A DNA stretch of 64,000 nt from Paragordius varius (Eukaryota; Animalia; Nematomorpha), in contig OZ176051.1 of the NCBI GenBank assembly GCA_964247055.1, forward strand, positions 6,696,001 through 6,760,000. The letters are read 5' to 3'. Within the stretch, counting starts at the first letter, position 1. Each line of letters starts with the position of its first letter. The notes under the pieces were generated by a model. That model was not told the DNA's origin. It worked only from the letters and a program-made list of their open reading frames with translations, and ran no database searches. Shown in pieces: positions 51,396 through 64,000 of this stretch. Position numbers and translations under genes: made by a program.

Positions 51396-54300
51396 GATAT
51401 AAATCTTTATAACATGATAATAATATTAAGCGTTTTATTCCATATTTTATAGAATTTTAACAAGGAGGTCATCTTTATTAGTTGCATATTTAATTAAAAT
51501 CAATGGAAAAAATGGGGGCGCCTTATTGCAATGAAATAGCACGTTTACAAAAATTTAACAAATAAAAATGAAAAATTAAATACATATCAATGCCCTTTTA
51601 TTCAATTAAATAGCGAAATGGTCAATAATAGATCTCTTTACTGTAATGGTAAAAATTGGTATTACCCATGACGTGTCCAGAATCCTCTTAAATATAAATA
51701 AAAAACTTAAAATAAGGTTGTGTTTGGTACAGGGTTGATCAAAAGAATAACTAGTCTGATTGCTTTTGAATGCAGTTTATGGGTTATATGTTTTAAAAAA
51801 AACAAATTTTATCATTTAAAATGGTTACATTCAAAAGCAGTCAAGCTCAAAACTGTAACATTGGTAATAATTAACAATAATGTTCTGTTAGCATAATATG
51901 GATTGAAAGCAGTAAAGATAATAATAACACATTTTATGTTATATAATTAGACTTTTATTATCATATCAAAGCTTAGTTATCTATTTAGTTGCAGGTTGGA
52001 TATATAGTATATCCTAGTTAGCAACAGAGACCTTAAAAACCCAAATTTCGTTGACAGTTTTTATTACGTGTCATTGTGTAAGACGCCTTTCGTCCTTGTT
52101 GTGGACTCATCAGCCACACATAAGGAACACGAGTAAATTGCAACAATGATATACTGATATATTCAACTTGCAACTAAGTAGGATAACTAAGCTTTGCCCC
52201 CATGGATTTCAAACTTATAAGGAGATTGCGCCCTCCGCCTATAAATTTCTGATTTCTACATTTTTATACCTAAAAACAACTGTTAACTTTTTATATAACC
52301 CATCGTATAAAATTGCAAAATATTGCAAAGCAATTGGTAATAGACGCAGTCATATAACTAACGATTGCCTACATTTAGGTTGTAATAAATATATCAAGGT
52401 TTATAAAGGTATATGGCTGTCTTTTTTAAATATTTTTTTGTTAGTTTAAACGTTTTGTCTTTATAATTCCAATTTTGACTGTAAATTAATTACCGGATAT
52501 TCTACGGGACATAGCTAGAATAGGCGCTTAAATCGAAAATGATACCATTTAGGGATGCTTCTAAATCTTTAAAAAATATGCTGCATAAAAATAAAATTAT
52601 AAAGACTCTATTTAAATGTCAAAAAATATAAGCCTTAACCGATTACCCCTCAAACTTGCCATTTTTACCATTTAAGAGCTAAAATTGAGATTCGCTTATT
52701 TTTGGAACAAAAATTTTTTCTTGTCTGTTTCTCGACGCGTTAAATAACTTCTTATAAAACCAATATTAAAAGTTTGTATTATCTATGAGTTAATATAGCG
52801 TTAGGAATGAATATAGTGATATACACCTCCTTGTAAATTGTCCAAGTCTAAAAGGAAAAATTAAAAATAAAAATACCAGTTATCGCCGTTCGCAACGTCC
52901 CCATATAATCTACAATATGCTATCATTCAGATATTATACCCAAATCTCTAAAAGCTATAAATATCATAGGGATGTATAAAACCTCCATATAAAGTTTGAA
53001 GTCCTCGGGGACCTTTTAGAGCGTTAGCATAAAGGTAAACAAATACCGTTAAATTCAACCACTTAGTACATATATTATTATGGATTTTACTTTCTACCAT
53101 CAATTCAGTTACTATACATACATATATAATTAGTGTGCCGAATTTCAGGTCAAAAATGTAGTTTATCTAATTTTCGTAATTTGGAAGTAAAAATCATCAG
53201 CTTTCTTAATCCGAAAATTGGGCATGCAAATTGTAATTGTTTTGGAGGAATTTTCGTTATAAATTTTTCAAAATAGCCGAAATTTCGCAAATCATTAGAT
53301 AATATTATACAAAATTTTATAAGTTTGTGTTTTGATAAGCTTCGGTTACTATTAAAGCGTTTAAAATTAAAGATCTGATTGTTGAAATAAATTAAGTTAT
53401 CATAATAATTTATTGTTAAAATATTAATATGTAAAAGAAAACTTAAGAATTGATATAACGATACACTTGCTGCTTTTTTAAAAAATATGTAATAAACCCG
53501 TTTTCCTGAGATGGAAACAATCGTACATGCCAAATTAGATTTATATAATTTATAAACTAATTTTTATTTTGAGAATATATATTTTAAATTATGCCTTAAA
53601 TTTTAATCAACTAGCTTTAATTTTGAATAGATTCCGAAGGCGTTAATTATTTGATCCAAAAGTTGCTAGTGGGTGTTTTTTATCACTTATAAAACAATAA
53701 AATTTTTACAAATTTATCCGTTATTATTTTACATGATCTATTTTCTGCATTAAAGAAACGCTTTACTTTATAAAATTGGAATTAAAACACCATCTTATAA
53801 ATTTTATATTATAGATTTGCAAAGTTTTAGTCATTTCTCGAAATTCATAAGTAATTGACTGCTTAAATCAGATTTTTGGGTTTATTCCCCTTATATTTAT
53901 GGTAATCCCCAATTTATTTTGGATTTCGAAAGCTGGTGAGTTTTTCTATCCAAAACATTAAATTTAAAAAAAATCACATTTTCCACCGTATTAAATTTCA
54001 TATATAAATGACACAAATGAGAATACACGCATATTAACCTTCTGAGACCCTTAATGCATCTATATTGTTTACAAATTAGAATTAAAACATACTATCCGTC
54101 ATTAGTCTGCATCCTAAAATAATTTATATTAAAGTTTTACAAAATACTTTTTGCCACGTTTTCTATTACTAAAAAATAAATATAATTAGATTTTAATGCT
54201 AACCACTTTAATTTAATATAATTTATTGTCATAAAAATATTGGTAGATATTGATTATTATTATTATATACTAAACACGAATAAAAGTTTTTAAGTACTAT

Positions 54301-57300
54301 TTCGTAATTGATTGGATGCTAAATAATTGTATAAAAAAAACACATGTTTTTAAATAAACATTGTTAAAATTTAGACATACTTTAAATTTATTATGACCAT
54401 AAAATAATGGGACTGTCACAATCCTTCCTTTTATGATTTTATTTGCTTGAAAAACTAAGAATCAATCAAAAAGTTAGGGTTACTGATTTTTTTTTACATT
54501 TAGGCGGTAAACAGATTAGTTTATTTGCATAAAAAGACAAAAAGTATATAATAATTATCATCGTATATTAAAAAAAGTGGCCGTTGCCCTAAATGATTAA
54601 ATGATGCCATAATGACATTTAATTTAATGAAAAATATAGAAATTATGGTCTGTGATTAAATGAAGAATTATAATTTCAAATAAACGATTCAAAAAAGAGT
54701 ATTTTAAGCTAACATAATCTAATAATATTTGTTGAGACAAAAACCAGATCAAGTAGATGTGTTTAACGATGAGACATGTTATTGAAAAATGAGCAGGAAT
54801 ATTTTGTAAAAACCGCTAATACACTAGAGATTAAAATTTTAACAGTGCGATTATATGGGAATATGTAGAGCTAATTTTTTTAATTAGTTCTGGAAGAAAT
54901 CCAATTTTTTACGATAAAATATTATTGTTATTAAGTGTATTTGTAAATATTCAATATATAAGAGATCGTAAATGACTTACCCAACTGGTTAAACCTTAAG
55001 CGGTCTAGTGTCAAAATTACATAAATACCTGGATTCATCGAACTTCGTCTTGACTCTGTAAATATCAATTTATAATAATGTTAACCGCCATACTTAAGGT
55101 GGAGAATGATAAAGGCATTAAATAATTAAAGGGATTTTTTTACTATTTTCAAAATTGTCCGTTAGATTAGAACAGTGATGTCTAAAACAAATGGCTTCGC
55201 GAGCCGCACTGAAAAAAAACGGACATTAATTATTAATTTCAAACATTAATCTAAATAAATTAAGAACAGACCAGAAACTAATTTCAACAATTTTGCTGGT
55301 TCCTTGCCAAAAGTTGGAGAGACCTAGTAGGAAGCTTTTAAAATTTTCTAAGATTCATTTTTATATATGAATTAGATTTTTGCGATGATTTCTAAGTAAT
55401 TTTTCGGTTTCTCGTTATAATATCAGGGAAGACCGCAAGGTAAACACCCTTGGCTTAAAATTTTACCACATTTAACACAAGGTTAAAATATAACATTTTA
55501 GCCGATCTTAGTAAACGAAACTGTTTGGTTTATTTTGGCTCTAGTATTTCATACATATGGAAAAACTAATTTAAATATTTTGGGTCAAATAAATTTATTT
55601 GACAAAACCATAAAGTCGGTTTTAATTCATGGATTTAATCCTCGTTTTTAGCCTGATAATGGAAGGAAGAACGCAATTTGAACTTTAACCTCTACAAACT
55701 CATACGTTTGCAATATCAACCGAATTTTTTTCAAAAATATTATTGAATATAAATTACATTAAACAGATAAAACTTTGTTATAAAACAATGGGTTTTATGA
55801 GCTGGAATATAAATAATAGGATGTATCAATTTTAAGCTGGCCTATATTTATCTTTTTGTATTAAAATTAATTATAATATTTTTACACGTATCTAAGCATT
55901 TAAAAATGAAGTGTTAAAAATATTTGATTATTATACCAAAATCTGAATCGACATCGGATTCGTCTATATTATATTGAAGAATTATCCATATATATATATA
56001 TATATATATAAACGTTATGTAAAAGAGAATTATGGATTTTAAAATATGTTTTATTCTATGATAATTATTCAAATTAATAGCTTTTCCATATTACCGAATA
56101 ATTGTGTAGTATCTATAAATATATATATATAAATATGTGTGTGTGTGTGTGTGTGAATAATGCGTCAAATGTACTTTTTGTACGTTTTATGAGATCCAAT
56201 TTTTTAGATAGTTGGATTAGGCATTCATCCGAAAAAAATTGAAAGTCAAGCGCCTTATAAGTAATTTATTTTCAAAAAAAACAAATATAAAAAGAGCTAT
56301 CTTTTTAAGATTATTTGACTATAGCTGTTTTTAGCTAAAATGAAAACGCTTATAATTACCATATGTTTATATTAATATATGAAACAAAAAAACTAAAACA
56401 GATGTCAAAAAATTATATATAAATAAATCGGGTTTTGTGGATTACTAAATTAGACATGTTAAATTCATTATAAAAATTTGAATAATTATATAAAAATATA
56501 CAGATAAAACTTTCGTATATTTTTAATTTTCTTATTTTTATTTTATTAATAAATTTTATTTCATGAATTTAATATTCAAATTTATTGCATCTTGTGATTA
56601 GAAAAAAAGTCTCTAGCAAAAAGTTATATAAATTTGGGAAAGATATTCTGTCATGTAAATTTAAACACTTTGTTAAATTAATTAGCTTGTTATTAAATTA
56701 TCATTGGAAAAAAGCTAACAGTAATACAAAAATTTTACCTCGCTCTAAACCTTGGTCTGGACTATCTAAAAATAGAAGTATAAAACATTTTGTAGCGAAA
56801 TAAAACGTATACATGGGACGAACAAAGAGAACTTTAGAATGGAAAAAGAACTAAAATCAAAGTCATCAACAATAAATAATGATTTTGCGTTTCAAATTCC
56901 CTCATAACATTTTTATGATTCCATGTATAAATAAATATTTTTGACAAAGTCCACCTGTAAACAAGAATTTACGTTTAAATTAATTTTAATTATTGAGTAT
57001 ATATTAAAAAGTATTTCGTGAAAATATAACGATTCATAAAAGTTATTATTGCATCACAATGTGACATTTTATTATTTAATTATAATCTTGCAACCGTTTA
57101 CAAACACCGTTTTTTGTCGTTTTTTCCATAGTATCCTAGTTAGTCTAGTAATTTATGACAATTACTATAATCTACCAATTGTCAAAAAAAGTGTTCTAAA
57201 ACCTTTTTTTCTTATCCCTTTTGGCAGTGAAAAGATAATGCAACAAACGAAAATGAACCAAACCCATTAAAATTAGTAGAAACCACCGATACGCTATTTT

Positions 57301-57334
57301 TTTATTGACATTATTTGCTCAATATCATCCATGG

Positions 57335-57560
57335 CCAAAGGCATAGCTAGAGGGGGAAAGAGGGGCTTATTCATCCGGCACCATAGTTAAAGGGGCGCCG
57401 AATTTTAAAAAATTTTAAGTCGAAAAAATAGGTTTAAAATTTGTTAATTTGAATAATACATAAAAAATCATATTTAGATGAAAGGGGCCGCATGGAGGAG
57501 GAGGGGGCGTCATCACGAATTTTTGAACCGGCCGGGCGCCTGAAAAGCAAGCTACACATG
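57335..57560. mobile_element. GC-rich hAT-like MITE (GGCGTAGCTAG-type ends, degenerate)
   Basis: Ends aaaggcatagctagaggggg ... ggcgcctgaaaagcaagctacac, with ggggcgcc motifs inside. It is a GC island in AT-rich DNA. No TSD was found. Confidence 0.5.
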
Positions 57561-57732
57561 TGGTCTTTGCGACCCCAGAACATTTTAAAAAATATTTTGA
57601 AGTTAATTTTTAATTATTTTTCCATTTGCTAAATCATAATAAGTTTATATGGTATATTTTGAGGGTAATAAGTAAATAATGCATCTAAACTCATATCATT
57701 CGTGCAGAATAAAAGAACATTTGTACTTAAAT

Positions 57733-57875
57733 TTAGATGCTACAACTTCTGTTGTTGCAAGTAACGAAATTATAACCTAATCCGTTTGGAGCATTAAATC
57801 CATTTGCACTTGGTATTGAACTGGACACTGCGATACTGGCTACTGAGGACGTCGCAGTGTCCCCACTCAAGACAC
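57733..57875 (-). CDS. Candidate terminal coding exon of an unidentified minus-strand gene
   Basis: The acceptor tttgcag is followed by a phase-1 frame, xVLSGDTATSSVASIAVSSSIPSANGFNAPNGLGYNFVTCNNRSCSI*. The stretch is locally GC-rich. Upstream exons were not established. Confidence 0.35.
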
Positions 57876-60531
57876 CTGCAAACTTCACATGTTAATTAAT
57901 ACCAAGGCTACCTAAATATTTTTTATGCATAAACATTACCCATAGAAAGGATTGTCGCTAAATGTATTAAAAAATTACATTTAGATAACATATCAAGCAA
58001 ATTATAATGTTATCTAACCTGAATAATAAATCAATAATTTATGATAATTAAATAATAATAATGGAAAAATTGTGACCTAATAGTTAGTGTCATAAAATTT
58101 AATTTATTCGCGATATACATTTAAGGTATGAATAATATTTAAGCTGATAATTTTATACTATTTATATGGTAACAATTTTTTAAAAAATACAGATTTCATA
58201 AAAAGCTGAATTCAATGGCGAAGAATAAAAAACTACGATTTTTTACAAATAGTATGGGATATGTCAAAAATGAAAAAGGTTTGTATTACATTTTAAATAG
58301 TTAGAAAACTCAAATCATAAAACATAAAATAAATTAATCATCCTATAATTTATGTTGCATATCTAAGAGTAAAAACTTAAATTGCAATAAGAGACTTTTA
58401 ACGGTCGCCTTCCCAAAGCTGACAGAATAATAAAATTGTGCACGCGGTTTTATTCATACGCATACAAAATTATTTTATTTGTAAAAAATGTTGTAAATTA
58501 GGCTTTTGTCATTAAGCAAAACAAAGACTTAATATTCGGTAAAATATTTACATGTACCTGACATGGCCAAAACTAATATACAAAATTATAAAGATTATAT
58601 ATTAGATATACACATATTCCTGAACAGGGTACACTATAATGGGTTACATTTAATATATATCTGTAGATTACTTTTTTTATTCATGAGTATTTAAAAAGAA
58701 ATCGGTGTTTGTTTAAAGACCCAACTCAAACTTAAAAGTAAACGATAGAGTTTAAAAATGGTAGTAAAAGGACAAAATGCACCAAACAGGTTCTGTTTGT
58801 CTCAGTTGTCCGTAGTAATTCATCATATGATAACCGAGAATTCACTTCAATTTTTAATAATTTGCAAATTATTTAAGTTAACTATGGTAAAACTTGGTAT
58901 TTTCTAATTGTTAATATTTTCATGTTATCTATAATTAATTCGGTTTTTAAACCCATCAAATAAAGTTATAACACTAAACTATAGAAACATTTAGTAGGTA
59001 CTCTCACACAATATCATTATCTTAATTTCCAGCTAGAATATTTGGATCATGGTAAGTGTATTTTAAGTTAAATAAATGATTTAAAATAATAGATTAAATT
59101 CTTTAACAGCTAGTTTGTTCGTTTATTAATTTTCTGGCTGATATCCATTATTTAAATTATCATAAGGATTCTCTTTTACCCTATTTGTCCTTTAAAAAAC
59201 TCAAAACTCAAAATCTTAAAATGTATTGAAATTACAAAACCTAAGATTTATTTTTTCAAGCTCCTATACTCGGTATGGCATTATATAAAAGGTATACCTT
59301 TTGCAACAATCGAATTTTTTTCCTTTTTTGGTTCGAAACTATTGCCATCTGAGCTATATTTTGTTGTGTTGTCGGCTAAAAATTAATTTTATCAAATACT
59401 TGGGAGTGTAATATTAAATGCAAAAACAAGCGGAACCACAACTATTATAAAAAATGAATGAATATTATTAAATGTAAATATATATGCAATTTATTTATTA
59501 TGATAAAATTTTGTAATATAGCTTAATAAAATAATGATTAGTCCTATTAAAAATATTTTTTATAAATTATTTATAAAGGATAAAACTGAAATTAGTAAAC
59601 AATTATCCTAATTTACAAAAATTGAATTAATTTAATGTCTAAATGGTGTTTTTTAGGTTAGCAAAGCATGAAAGCGCAGATAAATCCGGTAATTTAAAAG
59701 CAAAGAAAGAAATATTAAATTTGGGTTCACGAATTCAAATTACTTCTTAAAATTATACAGTATTCGTGGGAAGAATACAAGGGTCCAAAGTAAATCTTTT
59801 TTCTAATGCATGCAATTCCATTTGTAAATACAACATTATGCATACTGAAACGCAATAATTAAATTTACAAACTAGTTGGTTATTGCAAAGTACCGTAACG
59901 CCTAAAAATCTCACTCCCATGGAGTAATTATGGAGTCAGGTAATCATTATATGTTAAACATTAACTCATATTATAGGTTTTTCATCCCTATGAATCCGTA
60001 TCAATTAAATGGTCGAAGTAACCTGTTATTTATCCTTTTAAAACATTTATATGATATTATATCGTGCAGAAAATGGGATAAAAAAATAAATATAAGAATT
60101 TTTTTGACGAATCATCAATCTTTTATGGCTTTTGTAGGGCTTGGACTTTAAAAAAATATTTGCTAATTATGGAATAGCGATTACACAAAATATCCTGATG
60201 AAATATATTGCATATTCTGATAGATAGGTGCAAGATTCTCATAGAGCATTTGGATTTGGGGCTTACGAATAAAGAAAGTTTTTTGAACTTTGATAATTAC
60301 TCCTATAATCGCAAAATTAGCGCACAGTATGCTAAATAAAATTTGGTGAAAGTTATATCAATATAGCATAATTACGCTCCGACAAAACTTTGTTTAACTT
60401 TAAATAAACAAATTATGCTTTTACAAAATTTTTGTTCTGGTTCCATAACATTGTGCCCAAAATCGGGAGTTACAAAAAAATCACCTGATAAAATATATAT
60501 ATATTGTGATAGGAATATGTATCAGGAGTAT

Positions 60532-61445
60532 CATGGTGCTTTTGGTTTCGGCCCTTATAAGTGATTTAAAGTTATTTATTTTTGCTTTAAGTTCTCCGTA
60601 TCAGAAAATGGCAAAACTCGGACACACTTTTTTAAATAAATTTTTTAGGTGAAAGCTATAGGCCTCAGTCCAAAAAATATCACTAAAATAATTAACTACA
60701 TATAAAAAGCAAAACAAACTTTTCAAAAAAATTTAAAAGATGTGGGCTCCGAAAGTCCCAATTTGCTCTTCTATCAGCTAATCCACTTATAACAAACGCA
60801 AAAATGCGAATACGCGATAGAAATTTTTAATATATACTAAATTTTGACACCAAATAAAAAAAATCTTTAAAAAATGCATTCAAAAATTTTATTTTTAGCA
60901 AAATTTTGAAGCATCCTTGATACTATTTTGAGTCATGATGGAAACGGTATACAAAATTTAGATATTCGAACACTTTTTCAATATAATTCGATGATGCGAA
61001 ACATATCACCTCAGAATTTTAATATAAAGGTTCGTTTCTAATATTGGTGAATTTTTGTGAACACAATTTAAATTTAACATAAATTTGAATACGAACGAAT
61101 ATTTTAATTAAAATTCTGAGGTAATAATCAGCTTCCTTGAAATATATGGAAAAAGAGTTTTTATATTATCTTTAAACCGTTTCCATCATGCCCAAAAAGT
61201 ATAAAATACGCTTCAACAAAATTTTGCCAAAAATTATTTTTTTAAAAAAGCAGGCATTTTCAAAAAATATTTTCATTGATTTCAAAATTTAGCATATATA
61301 TTTAAAAATTTTATCCCGCAAACTCGGCTTGGTTTTTATTTTAAGAGAAATAGCCCATTTTAGAAAAGCAAAAATATTTGGGACTTTCGCCCTTAAAAAA
61401 TTATAATAACAATTGTTTTGCTTTAAACCCGAGATTTGAGCTTAA
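60532..61445. mobile_element. Family E palindromic element, second copy (right end eroded)
   Basis: It starts catggtgcttttggtttcggccc. The internal arms are reverse complements (cgaaagtcccaa ... ttgggactttcg; tatcacctcagaatttt ... aaaattctgaggtaata). Confidence 0.55.
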
Positions 61446-64000
61446 ATATTTAAATGCAGTTATTAAACGAATTTCAAATATTTTTAACAATTTTTAGTTT
61501 AAATATTTTGAAAATAGATTGAAAAATTTATAACATTTAGGAGCATGCAAGAAGCAAATTAAATACATGATTTGTTTCCTCCAACATTACTATCCATTCT
61601 CTTCAATGTGTCTATAAAAATATATTATCTAGATATATATTTGATTAGAAGATAAATGCAATATTGTCCCGCAGCATATGCATAATTATTAAATTATAAT
61701 AAAAATATGCAATTCAACGATTAATAACCAAAGTTAATTTTATTTTATTAAATCATTTGTAATCAGAACCCAAGCAACATTAACACGAAACTCAGTTTTT
61801 TCTCCAACTTATTATCAAAATAATTATCTCATACTTCAATGTCGTATTAATAATTAAATAAAAAAACGGTTTACCATCCGTCCGATTTTTTCGTTTTGGA
61901 GCTTTAAGTGGATTCTGAGCATCTAATTTTAATTTTAAAATAAATATAACATGTAATATCAAATCATTTATGTGATATTAAAAATCAGTATATTATGTGT
62001 AAACGGTAGGAAAACTGACTTTAGACAAATTAACTAAACTTAAAATATAACCATATATTAATATTTTTCCATTCTTTTATGTTCAAAATGTAAACCATGA
62101 TTGTTATTTATTTCTGATCTAAGCAAGTTTTCGATTTTTTTGGTTTTTAATAAATCATAGAAGCTATAACTTTTTCTGTTGATCAACTAACTCACTTTAC
62201 AAGTTATAAGTATTAAAATTTAATTAATATCAACTAAATGCAATTTTTAGCGTACTGGTTTTGGTACACGCTTTCTTTTGTAACATTAAGACAATAAGCA
62301 ATATGAATTTAAAAAGACTTAAAGTTTTCTTATCAATTTAATTAATATCTCTATTGGTAACAGTAAAGCCAATAAAAATATATAATATAAATGAGTAACG
62401 TTTGAGTAAAGGTAATAGCTTTTAAACAATATATTAGGTAAATTATATATTTTAAAACATATTTTGCCATATTTATAATTAATTAAAACTAACACTCACC
62501 GTTGAAACTGATCCATGAAAAAAGTGTAATTAACACGATCAACAGCATGGTAATAAATTTAAAATATGAAATAAATAATATTTATTGTAAGTTTATTTAC
62601 CTCAAAAATGATTGTTTAAGCTGTTAACAAAAAATGTGTGTTGTTAGCAAAAATTAAATTTTACAGATTAATGACTAAAAATGATAGTCGGTCATGACCG
62701 TGTCTAATAGCTGAATTCAGTAATATACCAGGTAATAGATAATAAAGAAAAATACAAAATCTAATTTATTTAGCATTTTTTAGTATATTCTAGTAAGACT
62801 CTTAGGAAATTTGATATATCAAGATATGGTGTGTTTGAACTACGCGATGTTACATTTTATGGTAATTGCACCATAAAATTGTAAAAAGCTCCTTTTATAT
62901 AAAATAAAAAATTTTGGTAAAGATAATGGCTTTAAAATTTTGTTTATATAAAAAATTATATTAAAAACACAATGTCATCATCAAAGCTGTTGATCTTCAG
63001 AATTGAAGGTAGCTGATTTGAGATAAGTTTTTATTGCTGTTTTCTAATTTTTTCTATTTTCCGCATCTACCATTTTTAGTTTGGCCTCATTAACATCATA
63101 TATAGTACTGATTCAGCTTTTGAAGGGTCTGCCAGGTTTTGAGCTAGTTGTGGAGTAGGACCTCATTATGTGTATATAATTATCTGGTGGTGTACGACCA
63201 GCTCAATCTTAGTTCTTTTTAGGCTTTTAGAAAGGGGTCAAGAGCAGGGATTTTGAGGATTATAATAATCGAATTGATTATTAAAGTAACATTTTAATAT
63301 GCGTTTAAATCAAAATATCCCGGGATAAAACTAAGATCCTTAAAATTATGTCATTTGAGCTATTAAAGCATGTTTTAGGGTATTTTGAAGCAAGGGATGA
63401 CATAACATACCTCAAATTTTTATTTATTTTTTTTCCAATTTTGGAAATTTGAACACATTTGAATAAAGTTTAATAGAAAATTCATCAAAGAAAATTCTGA
63501 GGTGATAAAAATCTTGAGAGCATGTAATTATATGGAAGAAGTGATTTTATGATAAAGTCTTTACATTTCAATCATACTTTTAAATGTCATAAAATACGCT
63601 TCACTAAAATTTTGCAAGTTTTGTAGCAAATTATATGTTTTTCGAGCAAAAACAAGCCCGTTTAGAGAAGTCTGAAAAATTGACTTTAACCTCCACATAG
63701 GTTAAAACTTAATATGAATGTCATTTGTCTTTTTAGTTTATAATATATTTTAAGATATTTTTGAATGAAACGTTTAACCAAAAATTTTATTAAGCATGTC
63801 CGATAATTTTACAATTTTATCTGGAGCAATTACCCCAAAAGCTTGAACTCCTTAAGCCCAAATCAAATGGACAACGAGAATGTATTTTATATATTTATCA
63901 GGATATTTATACCCGATGGGCACCAGGTATATATATATATATATATTGTATTAAATTAGGAGTTTTTCTTCGTTTTTGGACAATAAATTTTTAGATAGGT

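Noticed and set aside
51757-51843. 15-bp inverted repeat (gattgcttttgaatg / cattcaaaagcagtc) as a terminator or pre-miRNA
   Set aside because: It is a single short stem with a long AT loop, has no TSD or second copy, and is plausibly a chance match or an eroded MITE.
54034-54060. piggyBac-like left end TTAA|CCTTCTGAGACCC
   Set aside because: No matching right end was found in the window.
62960-63210. GC-richer stretch translating on the minus strand as MRSYSTTSSKPGRPFKS*...
   Set aside because: It has multiple stops, no recognisable family and no convincing splice sites.
1-64000. rRNA or tRNA genes
   Set aside because: I recognised no conserved rRNA blocks or tRNA cloverleaf/box A-B motifs. 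tRNAscan-SE and barrnap would be needed to exclude them.

Overview
This is very AT-rich eukaryotic DNA, most likely from an invertebrate animal: GT-AG introns, many only about 60-115 nt, and no prokaryotic features. Two plus-strand multi-exon genes can be rebuilt by hand with consistent intron phases. The first (2595-24686, at least 18 exons, ~1,285 aa) encodes an unrecognised type-I membrane mucin-like protein with a signal peptide, a long Ser/Thr-rich ectodomain, one TM helix and a ~210-aa Tyr-containing tail. The second (40237-45186, 11 exons, 634 aa) encodes a sialin-like SLC17 anion transporter. A possible terminal exon of a third gene lies on the minus strand near 57.8 kb. Introns and intergenic DNA are packed with class II transposons, several nested and with readable target-site duplications: mariner, hAT, CAC-ended CMC-like, TTAA/piggyBac-like, a Helitron carrying a hierarchical ~155/310/610-bp tandem array, and two MITE families sharing termini and 21-bp palindromic subterminal repeats. 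The most unusual element is a young 1.64-kb foldback with ~640-bp inverted arms enclosing a truncated Harbinger/PHIS-type transposase start. All gene models and family calls were made by eye, without database searches or RNA evidence.
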